NCBI RefSeq assembly: GCF_000006765.1
Contig: NC_002516.2
Source of the DNA: Pseudomonas aeruginosa PAO1
GTDB lineage: Bacteria > Pseudomonadota > Gammaproteobacteria > Pseudomonadales > Pseudomonadaceae
Length of the DNA: 64,000 nucleotides
Direction: 5' to 3' (one strand)
Positions 38,968 through 48,492 of the stretch are shown piece by piece (within the stretch, counting starts at the first letter, position 1; every line of letters starts with the position of its first letter). The position numbers and the translations under genes are program-made. The notes under the pieces were generated by a model. That model saw nothing but the letters and a program-made list of their open reading frames with translations. It ran no database searches and was not told where the DNA came from.

Positions 38968-39873
38968 TCAGCCCTGTTCGATCTGCACGATCTGCTCGCG
39001 TAGCCATTGCAGGCCGGGCGTCGCTTCCTGCTGGCGATGCCAGATCAGGTTGACCTGCACCGGGGCCATCTCGAAGGGGACGTCCGCCAGTTGCAAACCA
39101 TGGCTGCCGGCGAAGCGCTCGGCCAGGCGGCGTGGCACGGTGCCGAGCAGCTCGGTGCTGGCGACGATGGCCGGGATGGTCAGGTAGTGAGGCACCAGCA
39201 ATTGCACCTGGCGCTGCACCCTGGCCGAGCCGAGGACGATCTCCAGCGGACTGCCGCGCCCGACCCGCGGCAGGATCGAGACGTGCTGCGCGGCCTCGTA
39301 GGCCGCGCGGTCGAGGCCGCCGCGGAAGGCCGGATGGCCCTGCCGGCCGATCACCACCAGGCGTTCCTCGCCGACCGGCCGGTAGGCCAGCTCGGGCTCG
39401 TCGAAGTACAGGTAGTCGATCGCCAGGTCGAGTTCGCCGCTGGCCAGTTGCGCCGGGATCGAGGCGCCTTCGTCGGGACGTACCTCCAGCGTCACCCGCG
39501 GGGCCAGGGTCTTCAGGCGGGTCACCAGGCCCGGCAGCAGGCGCAACTGGGCATAGTCGTTCATCGTCAGGCGAAAGGTCCGCGCAGTGTGCGGATCGAA
39601 GGTTTCCTGGGAGCCAAGGCCGGCCTGCAGCAGATGCAGGGCCTGGCGCACCGGCACGTACAGGGCGAGGGCGGCGGCGGTGGGTTCCAGGCCCTTGGCG
39701 GCGCGCCGGAACAGCGGCTGGTCGAGCTGTTCGCGCAGGCGGGCGAGGGCGTTGCTCACCGCCGGCTGGCTGCGATGCAGGCGGATCGCCGCGCGCGACA
39801 GGTTGCGTTCGCGCATCAGGGCATCGAAGACCAGAAGCAGGTTGAGGTCGAGCTGCTGCAAGTTCAGCTTCAT
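38968..39873 (-). CDS. LysR-family regulator (LeuO/NodD-like)
   Basis: LDLNLLLVFDAL...SQPAVSNALARLR. Confidence 0.93.
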   Translation of the reverse strand: MKLNLQQLDLNLLLVFDALMRERNLSRAAIRLHRSQPAVSNALARLREQLDQPLFRRAAKGLEPTAAALALYVPVRQALHLLQAGLGSQETFDPHTARTFRLTMNDYAQLRLLPGLVTRLKTLAPRVTLEVRPDEGASIPAQLASGELDLAIDYLYFDEPELAYRPVGEERLVVIGRQGHPAFRGGLDRAAYEAAQHVSILPRVGRGSPLEIVLGSARVQRQVQLLVPHYLTIPAIVASTELLGTVPRRLAERFAGSHGLQLADVPFEMAPVQVNLIWHRQQEATPGLQWLREQIVQIEQG

Positions 39874-40007
39874 GAATAATCCTCATTCTATTTATCCATT
39901 ACCCTGATAAGACTGGCATCGCTACACTCGAATGCAAGCCCTTCCGCCCCGGCGGATCGGCCCGGTTCGCGGCCCAGCCAATAACAATCACACGCGAGAT
40001 GCCGACC

Positions 40008-41135
40008 ATGTCCTTCGATCCCCAACCCTTTCGCCAGCAGTACCGCGCGGCCATCCGGCCCGGCTACAACCCCTGGCTGCACGCCGGCTTCGTCCTCGCC
40101 TACGGCGGCGCCTGGATCGTCTTCTTCCTCTCCCGGCTCGAGCAGCCGAGCCTGCTGGAATGGCTGACGGTGCCGGCCGCGCTGGTGTTCTTCAACTGGG
40201 GCGAGTACCGCATCCACAAGTCCCTCGGCCACCACAAGCACCCGCTGGGGCGGATGTTCTACAAGCGCCATACCGGCGACCACCACAGCTTCTTCGTCGC
40301 CGGCCAGATGCGCTACGAACAGGCCCGCGACTGGCGGGTGATCCTGTTCCCGGCCTGGCTGGTGGTGGTCTTCAGCCTCGGCGCGCTGCTCGCCTGGAGC
40401 CTGCTCGGCCTGCTGAACGACAACCTCGCCGCGCTGTTCGCCGCGACCCTGCTGCTGGGCTACCTCAGCTACGAGATCTTCCACGCCTGCGAACACCTGC
40501 CGCCGGAGCATCCGCTCAGCCGTCTGCCGTGGATCCGCCACATGCGCCGCCTGCACGAACTGCATCACCGTCGCGAGCTGATGCAGACGCACAACTTCAA
40601 CCTGGTCTTCCCGTTGATGGACTGGTGCTACGGTACCCTCCACTGGGAAGCGGAAACCGCCGAGGAGCACGCCATGACCCGCATGCAGCACCGAATCGAG
40701 ATCGCCCGCGGGCCCGAGGCGACCCTCGCCTACGCCGCCAGCCCGGGGCTCTGGCCGGAATGGCATCCCTCGTCGTTGCGGGTCGACGGCGCCGCTGGCC
40801 CGCTGCCGGCCGGCGCGCGCTTCGAGGAGGACATCCACGCCGGCGGCCGCGCCGGGCACTTGTCCTGGACGGTGGTCGAGTACCAGCCGGGACACCTGTG
40901 GCGCGCCAACGCCCGTGGCGACCGGGGGCTGCACCTGCGCCTGAGCTACGAATGCCAGCCGAGCGCGGCCGGCACCCGCTTCGTGCGCACCCTGGAATAC
41001 CGCTTCGACGGCTGGTCGATGCGCCTGGCCAACCTGTTCCTGCTGCGCCGTCGCATCGAACGCGAGTCGGAGGAGTCCATGCACCGCCTGCGTCGGGTCG
41101 CCGAGGCGCGGATAGCGGCGGCGGAAAGCGTATGA
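40008..41135 (+). CDS. Sterol desaturase/fatty-acid hydroxylase domain fused to SRPBCC (START-like) domain
   Basis: His boxes HKSLGH, HTGDHH, HACEH, HELHH; C-terminal WPEWHP...EED...RTLEY. Confidence 0.8.
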   Translation: MSFDPQPFRQQYRAAIRPGYNPWLHAGFVLAYGGAWIVFFLSRLEQPSLLEWLTVPAALVFFNWGEYRIHKSLGHHKHPLGRMFYKRHTGDHHSFFVAGQMRYEQARDWRVILFPAWLVVVFSLGALLAWSLLGLLNDNLAALFAATLLLGYLSYEIFHACEHLPPEHPLSRLPWIRHMRRLHELHHRRELMQTHNFNLVFPLMDWCYGTLHWEAETAEEHAMTRMQHRIEIARGPEATLAYAASPGLWPEWHPSSLRVDGAAGPLPAGARFEEDIHAGGRAGHLSWTVVEYQPGHLWRANARGDRGLHLRLSYECQPSAAGTRFVRTLEYRFDGWSMRLANLFLLRRRIERESEESMHRLRRVAEARIAAAESV

Positions 41136-41171
41136 TCGGGGTCCGCGGGGGCGGATCGCAGAAGGACACCG

Positions 41172-42104
41172 ATGAACAAGTTTGCCGAAATGACCACCTT
41201 CGTCAGCGTGGTCGACGCCCATAGCTTCTCCGAGGCCGCCCGCCGCCTGGGCACCACCAAGTCGCAAGTCAGCCAGCGTATCCAGCAACTGGAGAGGCGC
41301 CTGGGCCGGGTGCTGCTGAACCGCACCCGGCCGCTGAGTCTCACCGACCCCGGTCGCACCTACTACGAACATGCCTGCCGCCTGCTACAGGAGCTGGAGC
41401 AGGCGGAAGCCTCGGTGCTCGACGCCGACGACGACCTGCGCGGCCAGTTGCGCCTCTCCGCGCCGCTGGCCTTCACTCCGCGCTACCTGGCGCCGCTGCT
41501 GGCGCGCTTCGCCGAGCGCCATCCGCAATTGCGGGTGGACGTGCAGGCCGACGATCGTTTCGTCAACCTCCAGGAACCGCGCTTCGACATGGCCCTGCGC
41601 ATGGGCCGGCTGGACGACTCCTGCCTGGTGGCGCGGCCGATCACCGCCAACCGCCACCTGCTCTGCGCCAGTCCCGACTACCTGGCGCGGCATGGCGTGC
41701 CGCAGCATCCCGAGGAATTACAGGCGCACGACGGGCTGGTCTACTACAACCGCGAGCCCGGCGGCATGCTCTGTCTGCCGGTGGACGGCGAACCGGCCTC
41801 GTTCCGCATCCGGGTGAGGATGCGCACCGACTCCGGGCACCAGTTGCTCGAAGGTGCGCGCGCCGGGCTCGGCCTGGCGATCCTGCCGAGCTTCCTGGCC
41901 GCCGATGCCTTGCTGGCCGGCGAGCTGCTGCCGGTCCTGCCTGGCTACTCGCCGGACGGCGGGCAGGTTTCCGTGGTCTACCGCAAGACCCAACGGACGC
42001 CCCGGAAGATCCTCGTCCTCGGCCAGTTCCTCGAAGAGGAAATCGGCGATCCGGCACCCTGGGACCGCGCGCTCATCGAGCGTGGCCTGTTGCCGCCGGG
42101 CTGA
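41172..42104 (+). CDS. LysR-family regulator (CrgA-like)
   Basis: HSFSEAARRLG..KSQVSQRIQQLE; substrate-binding domain. Confidence 0.93.
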   Translation: MNKFAEMTTFVSVVDAHSFSEAARRLGTTKSQVSQRIQQLERRLGRVLLNRTRPLSLTDPGRTYYEHACRLLQELEQAEASVLDADDDLRGQLRLSAPLAFTPRYLAPLLARFAERHPQLRVDVQADDRFVNLQEPRFDMALRMGRLDDSCLVARPITANRHLLCASPDYLARHGVPQHPEELQAHDGLVYYNREPGGMLCLPVDGEPASFRIRVRMRTDSGHQLLEGARAGLGLAILPSFLAADALLAGELLPVLPGYSPDGGQVSVVYRKTQRTPRKILVLGQFLEEEIGDPAPWDRALIERGLLPPG

Positions 42105-42105
42105 G

Positions 42106-42120
42106 TTCGGAAAAACCGAA
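42106..42120. promoter_or_regulatory. Candidate LysR T-N11-A site upstream of the GMC gene
   Basis: TTCGG-AAAAA-CCGAA palindrome. Confidence 0.4.
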
Positions 42121-42208
42121 CCAGCGGTTCGCCTTCCGCTGTCTGTCGCCGAGGGCGCGCCGGGCATAGCGTTGCTCCCGTCAATCGATCTGGATACGGG
42201 AGAACCCC

Positions 42209-43846
42209 ATGCACCAACCCGAAAACCCGGCGCGCCGCACCTTGCTGGCGCAGACCGTCGCCGGCTCCGCCGCGCTCGCCCTGGGCTCGCTGCTCGGCGG
42301 CGCGCCCGGCGTGGCCAGCGCCACGGCGGAAACGCCCCGCAAGGCCTTCGATGGCGGCAGGATCGATGTGCTGATCGTCGGCGGCGGCTCCGCCGGCGCG
42401 GTCCTCGCCCGGCGCCTGAGCGAGCGCGGCGACCGCCGGGTACTGTTGCTGGAAGCCGGCCAGGCCTATCCGGCCTGGGACTACCCCAGGATCATCGCCA
42501 GCAGCGACAGCGTCGGCGGCGACCCCTCCAGCGACTGGGGCTACCAGTCCCAACCGGGGGCGATCGGGCACCCGATCCATGCGATCCGCGGCAAGGTCCT
42601 CGGCGGCAGCTCGGCGATCAACGGCGCGGTGGCGATCCGCGCGCGGCGCGAAGACTTCGCCCGCTGGAACCTGCCGGGCTGGTCCTACGACGACCTGTTG
42701 CCGGCGTTCCGCCGCCTGGAGACCCGCCAGGGCGGCGACCCGGCCCTGCACGGCGGGGACGGACCGCTGCCGGTGCGGCAACTGAGCCGCGCCGATCTCT
42801 CGCTGATGCAGAGGGCCTTCGTCGACGCCACCCTGGCCAACGGTTTCAAGGCCATCGCCGATTTCGACGGCGCCGACGCCAACGGCGTCGGGCCGTACCC
42901 GATGAATGTCGTCAACGGTGTGCGCGTCAACACCGGCATGGCCTACCTCGACAACGCCGTGCGCGCTCGCGCCAACCTGTCGATCCGCGGCGACGCGCTG
43001 GTCGACCGGGTGCTCTTCGAAGGCAAGCGCGCGGTGGGCGTGCGCCTGGCCTCCGGCGAGGAAATCCACGCCGGCGAAGTGATCCTCAGCGCCGGCGCCT
43101 ACGGCAGCCCGGCGATCCTGCTGCGCTCCGGTGTCGGCCCGGCCGACGAGCTGAAGGCGCTGTCGATCCCGTTGCTTGCCGACTTGCCGGTGGGCCGCCG
43201 GCTCAAGGACCATCCGTTCTACTACAACGCCTATGCCGCCCGGCCGGAGCGCATCGGCGCGCAGTCGCCGGTGATCGGCGCCAAGCTCTGGACCCATAGC
43301 TCGCGGGCGCAGAACGGCGAGCTGGACCTGCACATCACCGCCACCCACCTGTTCCCCGCCGAGATGAGCCCGACTGGGGTCGGCTTCGTCCTCGCCGTGG
43401 CCCTGACCCGGCCGCAATCGCTGGGCAGTGTGCGCCTGGCCAGCCGCGACCCGGCCGTCGCGCCGCTGATCGACCTGAACTTCCTCGCCGAGGCCGAAGA
43501 CCGCGCGCGGTTGCTGGAAGGGGTCAAGCTGGCGCGCCGGATAGGCCGCAGCGAACCGCTCGCCGGGCTGATCCACGCCGAACTCGGGCCGGGGCCCGAG
43601 GCACGCAGCGATGCGCAGATCGAAGCGGCGATCCGCGCCACCCTCGATACCTACCACCACCCGACCTCCAGCGCGCCGATGGGCCGCGCCGGCGAGCGCT
43701 GGGCGGTGGTCGACCTGGAGGGCAGGGTGCATGGCCTGCAAGGATTGCGGGTGATCGACGCCTCGATCTTCCCCGATGCCATTTCGGTGGCCACCAACAT
43801 CACCACCATCGCCGTTGCCGAGCACCTCGCGCAGCGCATCGCCTGA
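42209..43846 (+). CDS. GMC-family flavin oxidoreductase with Tat signal peptide
   Basis: ARRTLL twin-Arg leader; GGGSAG, GKVLGGSSAING, YHHP, GLRVIDAS. Confidence 0.9.
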   Translation: MHQPENPARRTLLAQTVAGSAALALGSLLGGAPGVASATAETPRKAFDGGRIDVLIVGGGSAGAVLARRLSERGDRRVLLLEAGQAYPAWDYPRIIASSDSVGGDPSSDWGYQSQPGAIGHPIHAIRGKVLGGSSAINGAVAIRARREDFARWNLPGWSYDDLLPAFRRLETRQGGDPALHGGDGPLPVRQLSRADLSLMQRAFVDATLANGFKAIADFDGADANGVGPYPMNVVNGVRVNTGMAYLDNAVRARANLSIRGDALVDRVLFEGKRAVGVRLASGEEIHAGEVILSAGAYGSPAILLRSGVGPADELKALSIPLLADLPVGRRLKDHPFYYNAYAARPERIGAQSPVIGAKLWTHSSRAQNGELDLHITATHLFPAEMSPTGVGFVLAVALTRPQSLGSVRLASRDPAVAPLIDLNFLAEAEDRARLLEGVKLARRIGRSEPLAGLIHAELGPGPEARSDAQIEAAIRATLDTYHHPTSSAPMGRAGERWAVVDLEGRVHGLQGLRVIDASIFPDAISVATNITTIAVAEHLAQRIA

Positions 43847-43867
43847 CCGACCCAGGAGAACTTGCAG

Positions 43868-45316
43868 ATGAACGGACACGCCAGACACTGGATCGACGGC
43901 GCATGGCTCGATTCCGCGCAGCGGGGACAATCCTTCGACCCCGCCAGCGGCCAGCCGATCGGCACCTACGCCGACGGCGGGCGGGCCGAGGCCGACGCGG
44001 CGATCGCCGCCGCTGTGCGCGCCTTCGAAGATGGTCCCTGGAAGGACGACCACGCGCTGCGCGCGAAAGCCCTGGAGGAAATCGCCGCGGCCTTCGAGCG
44101 GCATGCCGATGCGCTCATCGACCTGCTTGCCCTGGAGAACGGCAAGATCAAGCCCGAGGCTGCCTTCGAGGTCGGCATGGTGCCGGGCAAGCTGCGCTAC
44201 TACGCCGGCCTGGCGCGCAGCGAACGGGGCGCCAGCGGCACGCCGCGCCCCGACGTGGTGTCGCTGGTGCTGCGCGAGCCGATGGGCGTCGCCGGCATCA
44301 TCGTGCCGTGGAATTCACCGGTGGTGCTGATGATCCGCTCCCTGGCGCCGGCGCTGGCCGCCGGTACCACCACGGTGGTGAAGATGCCGGGGCAGACCGC
44401 GCAGACCAACGCCATGGTCGCGCGGATCATCGCCGAAGCGCCGTCGCTGCCTGCCGGGGCGGTGAACATCTTCAGCGAATCGGGTTCCGAAGGCGCCCGG
44501 CGATTGATCGACGCGGCCGAGGTGCCGGTGATCAGCTTCACCGGCTCGAGCGCCACCGGCCGAGCGATTTCCGCCGCCGGCGCGCGGCACCTGAAGCGCT
44601 TCGGCCTGGAACTGGGCGGCAAGACACCGCACCTGGTGTTCGACGACGCCGACCTGGACGCCGCCTTGCCCGTGCTGGAGAAGTCGCTGACGGTGTTCGC
44701 CGGGCAGTTCTGCATGACCGGTTCGCGCCTGCTGGTGCAGCGCGGCGTTGCCGAACGGCTACGCGAACGCCTGGCGCAGCGCCTGGAAAACCTGCGCGTG
44801 GGGCCGGCGGCGGACCCGCGCAGCGACATGGGGCCGCTGATCGACAAGGCCAACGTCGAGCGCGTCGAGCGAGCCGTACGCCAGGCCATCGCCGCCGGCG
44901 CGCGGGTGGTGGTCCGCGGCGGCCCGGTAACCGAGGGCGAGCTGGCGGCCGGCGCCTTCTACCGTCCGACCCTGCTGGAGGTCGATGATCCGGACCTGGA
45001 CATCGTGCAACAGGAAACCTTCGGACCGGTGCTGACCCTGCAGGTATTCGAGCACGAGGAGGAGGGCGTCGCCCTGGCCAACCGCAGCGAGTACGGGCTG
45101 GCGGCCGGGGTCTGGACCCGCGATGTCGCGCGTGCCTTCCGGGTGGCGCGGAAGATTCGCGCCGGCACCGTGTGGATCAACGACTGGGCCAAGGTCTACG
45201 ACGAATTCGAGGAGGGCGGCTACCGCCAGTCCGGCCTCGGCCGGCTGAACGGGGTCGCCGCCCTGGACGACTTCGTCGAATACAAGCACATCAGCCTGAC
45301 CACCGGCGCGGCCTGA
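43868..45316 (+). CDS. Aldehyde dehydrogenase
   Basis: PWNSP, FTGS, ELGGK, GQFC (catalytic Cys), ETFGP; alternative TTG start 43862. Confidence 0.93.
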   Translation: MNGHARHWIDGAWLDSAQRGQSFDPASGQPIGTYADGGRAEADAAIAAAVRAFEDGPWKDDHALRAKALEEIAAAFERHADALIDLLALENGKIKPEAAFEVGMVPGKLRYYAGLARSERGASGTPRPDVVSLVLREPMGVAGIIVPWNSPVVLMIRSLAPALAAGTTTVVKMPGQTAQTNAMVARIIAEAPSLPAGAVNIFSESGSEGARRLIDAAEVPVISFTGSSATGRAISAAGARHLKRFGLELGGKTPHLVFDDADLDAALPVLEKSLTVFAGQFCMTGSRLLVQRGVAERLRERLAQRLENLRVGPAADPRSDMGPLIDKANVERVERAVRQAIAAGARVVVRGGPVTEGELAAGAFYRPTLLEVDDPDLDIVQQETFGPVLTLQVFEHEEEGVALANRSEYGLAAGVWTRDVARAFRVARKIRAGTVWINDWAKVYDEFEEGGYRQSGLGRLNGVAALDDFVEYKHISLTTGAA

Positions 45317-45351
45317 GCCTGGGCGAGCGGTGCGGCCGACGGCGCCGCCCG

Positions 45352-45987
45352 CTACTCCCAGGAGCGGGAATACACGTGTTCGCGGAACAGCTCGGGCAAT
45401 CCGGAAACCTGCTTGAAACGCAGCACCTCGTCATTGTCCATGCCCAGTTCGCGGGCCACGTCGGCCTCGCTCCAGCCGGCCTTGAGCAGGGTCACCACGA
45501 TCGCCGTCATCGGCAATACGCCGTGCACGCCGCGTGCTCGGTTGTGGCGGATGGTGGCGGCGATGCGCTCGCTGTCGCCTTCACGCCCGGCGCGTATCGC
45601 GGCGATCGGCAGGTAGCCGTGCAGACGCTGGCGCAGCGCGCCCTTGGCGCTGCCCACGCGCAGGCGGTGAAAGCCGTCGACCACCTCGTAGCGCCCGTCG
45701 GCCTGCGGATAGGCGACGATGGGCTGGGTGAATCCGTCGGACTCGATGGACAGCCTCAGCAGTCGCATCTCCGGTGGCGCGACGGTATTGGGGTTGTAGT
45801 CGTTGCCGGCGACGCGCTCGGCACGCACCCACTGCACGCAATCGACCGGCTCTTCGGCGAACGGACTGTGCGCGTGGAGCAGCCGGCGGATCCGGTTGAT
45901 GGCTTCAATCCGCTCGGCAAGCGGCAACCCGTGCAGTTCGCCGAACAGCGCCTCGGCTCGCTCCGTCAGTGTCTTTGTCTGTGCCAT
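45352..45987 (-). CDS. cgrC: ParB-like N-domain protein (IbrB/YbdM type), cupA regulator C
   Basis: NDYNPN, GFTQPIV, VVDGFHR, TIRHNRARG. Confidence 0.88.
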   Translation of the reverse strand: MAQTKTLTERAEALFGELHGLPLAERIEAINRIRRLLHAHSPFAEEPVDCVQWVRAERVAGNDYNPNTVAPPEMRLLRLSIESDGFTQPIVAYPQADGRYEVVDGFHRLRVGSAKGALRQRLHGYLPIAAIRAGREGDSERIAATIRHNRARGVHGVLPMTAIVVTLLKAGWSEADVARELGMDNDEVLRFKQVSGLPELFREHVYSRSWE

Positions 45988-46417
45988 GGGCTTTCCTCAT
46001 GAGCGTCACCCAGCTACCCCGGGTGGAATGCACGGCGAAGCCGTGCGGTTCGAGAAGGCGCGCGCAGGCCTGGGGCGCGCGGGTGGTACAGGCCAGCCCG
46101 AGTTGGTCGACATGCCCGAGGACCCGCTCGCGCAGGGTGCGGAACAGCCCGCGACCGCGCGCTTCCGCACGCAGGTAGGCATCGCGCAGGCGAACCACGT
46201 CGGGATGTTGCTCCAGGCTGACGAACCCCAGTATCCGCGTGTCCCCCTGGCGGCGGAGCACGAACCAGCGGTGGTAGGGACCGTCGCTCAGCGGGTAGCC
46301 GCCGCATTCGCGGCGCACCCGGGCGCTGGCGAAGAAGCGGCCCATGCTGGCGAAGAAGGCGGCCTCGTCGTCGAACGAGCGCCACTGCAGGATCTCGCAG
46401 TCTTGCGGGCGGATCAC
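45905..46417 (-). CDS. cgrB: GNAT-family acetyltransferase, cupA regulator B
   Basis: GTG start overlapping the cgrA stop (GTGA); YLRAEARGRGLF acetyl-CoA motif. Confidence 0.75.
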   Translation of the reverse strand: MIRPQDCEILQWRSFDDEAAFFASMGRFFASARVRRECGGYPLSDGPYHRWFVLRRQGDTRILGFVSLEQHPDVVRLRDAYLRAEARGRGLFRTLRERVLGHVDQLGLACTTRAPQACARLLEPHGFAVHSTRGSWVTLMRKAHGTDKDTDGASRGAVRRTARVAACRAD

Positions 46418-47640
46418 GAGCGCTTCTCCCGACCGGGGACCAGTCTGTCGATATCGGCCTGGGAGAAGCCGAAGGACAGCGAGCGGGCCATGTCCTGCTT
46501 CAGCAGGGATAGCGCGATACGCCGCCAGGACGGCTGCTTGCGACGATTCTCCAGGGCCGGGATCCCCGCGTCCGGCCAGATGGCAAGGGGATAGTCGTGC
46601 TGCTTCCACCAGAGGATGAAACGCTCGATGCGCCGCTGGTAGATGCCGCGCAGAGGCGGCGGCATGCTGCGCAGGAGGAACTGGCTGTACTCGCGCCAGG
46701 TGCCGAAGGAGGGCGGCAGGCCAAGGCCGCCACGGTAGCCGAGGAAGCGCTGGCGACAATAGCGCGCCCCATAGTTGGCGCCGGCGACGCGCCGGACTAC
46801 CTTGAACCAGGTGCGTGGCTCGATCCGGTGGAACAGGTCGAGGCCCTTGCGCTGGTCGTCGCCATAGGGCTGGCAGATGCGCATCTGCGAGAACGGCACG
46901 CCGGCGCGGTACATCTGGTCGTAGAGGCGGTTATAGGCGTAGCCGTGGTCGGCGACGCAACGCCAGAGATCCTCGAAACGCCAGTCGTAGATCGGGAAGA
47001 AGCTCACCGCCTGCGGGTTGGCCCGGTCGCGCGCGCTCCAGGCCAGCGGCGCGGAGCCGCCCGGCGGCGTCCAGGCGCATTGTTTCGCCCGGCTCCTGCG
47101 CTTGACCGCCAGGTAGCGATTGAGCGATTCGTCCGAACGGATGCCGACCAGGAACGCGGTAGGCTCTTCCCTGGCCAGCCAGGCGTTGAAGCCGGCGACG
47201 AACTCCTCGAACTCCATGCGGTAGCGGTAGAAGGGGAAGAACGCCGGGTCGCTGATCACCCCTCGCTGCTTCGGTAGCGGGCGCACCCAGTCGGCCTCGG
47301 CGCCGGGCTCCCAGCAGCACCAGTAGGGTTCCTCCAGGCTGGAGGCGTTGCGCAGGTTGAGTGGCAGACAGACCCACCAGGGGCGTACGTCGGGACGCCC
47401 GAGCATCTCGCTGACGTGATCGATGGTGGCCTGGTACTGCCCCTCCAGGTCGATGAACAGTACGTCCACCGGGCTGCGTCCCAACTCGCGTGCCACGTCC
47501 AGCGCCAATTGCAGGGTGACCGAGCTGTCCTTGCCACCGGAGAAGGCGACACAGACGCGCTCGAAGTTCCGGAATACCAGTCGGAGGCGGGATAGGGTTG
47601 CGGCATGCACATCGGCATCCTGGTAATGCTTGCCTGCCAT
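46414..47640 (-). CDS. cgrA: PAPS-reductase-like / DUF3440 protein (IbrA/YbdN type), cupA regulator A
   Basis: PP-loop FSGGKDS, GIRSDES, PIYDW, MRICQPYG. Confidence 0.9.
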   Translation of the reverse strand: MAGKHYQDADVHAATLSRLRLVFRNFERVCVAFSGGKDSSVTLQLALDVARELGRSPVDVLFIDLEGQYQATIDHVSEMLGRPDVRPWWVCLPLNLRNASSLEEPYWCCWEPGAEADWVRPLPKQRGVISDPAFFPFYRYRMEFEEFVAGFNAWLAREEPTAFLVGIRSDESLNRYLAVKRRSRAKQCAWTPPGGSAPLAWSARDRANPQAVSFFPIYDWRFEDLWRCVADHGYAYNRLYDQMYRAGVPFSQMRICQPYGDDQRKGLDLFHRIEPRTWFKVVRRVAGANYGARYCRQRFLGYRGGLGLPPSFGTWREYSQFLLRSMPPPLRGIYQRRIERFILWWKQHDYPLAIWPDAGIPALENRRKQPSWRRIALSLLKQDMARSLSFGFSQADIDRLVPGREKRS

Positions 47641-48492
47641 GGGTGCGAACCTCTTCTTTTAATAACTATTGAGGGAGACCGTTGCGACGACGGTCCATGT
47701 GCAATGTTTGTTTCGGAGTTTCTCCAGGCTATTTTTTCGAGAGTCGCGGCAGCCGGCACGTTCGGCGACGTTGGACTCCGAATCAGTGGATAACGGAAAT
47801 ATGTCCAGGCACTTGGCAGAGCGACGACCAACAGGCCCGACAACTGTCGTGCAGGAACTTTTTCAATGCTAGGCGAAGCCGTGGTTCGAGTTGTTGACTT
47901 GTCGCAAGACGGATTCTCCGAACAGCATCGGCGCAGCGCCCACTTGCAACGAGAGTGCGCACGCCGCCGTTGGCACTCGTCTGCGCACCGGACTTCTGAG
48001 CGGCGGCGGAAAAAGCTTGCTGCGCAAGGAGAAGCGCCTGCGGGTGAACATGGAAATTGCCCGGGAAAAGTCGACGGTAATTATTCGTTGAATAACAGGG
48101 AAGTGCATACTCCAACTTGGAAGTTAACTGCATGGCACCATCCATGCATTACACGGATGACGGTTTTTATTATAAGTCCAAACTGGCGAAGACAAGCAAG
48201 AGAGGCCGGGATGCCAGAGTTCCATAGTCGGAAATACAAGCGTTGCAATGTCGACGGATAGCACGAAGAGGCGGCGGTACCCTGCGAAACGAGGCAATTC
48301 CCCGAATGGCGGGTACTCGAACGGATTTATAAGTCCGCCGTTCGGCGTTCACCTCGACGCCTGTGCACGGGATACTTATATCGGTGGTTCGCACCACTGA
48401 TTATCGATTTGAACTCGTTCGAGTCTTTACCGCGTTCCCGGCCGAAATAAAAGGCGGGTGGACGATTATTGCCTCACACAAGGAACATAGGC
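47641..48492. promoter_or_regulatory. Long AT-richer divergent cgrA/cupA1 control region
   Basis: 852 bp with no credible CDS; imperfect Anr/FNR-like TTGAC-N4-CGCAA at 47894-47907; small inverted repeats at 48111-48121 and 48129-48148. Confidence 0.7.

Noticed and set aside
47669-48397. Several 60-130 aa ORFs in the cgrA-cupA1 gap
   Set aside because: Mutually overlapping, no RBS or motifs, atypical composition; better explained as regulatory DNA
47641-48492. fimS-like invertible promoter explaining cupA phase variation
   Set aside because: No flanking inverted repeats of suitable length and no recombinase gene in the window
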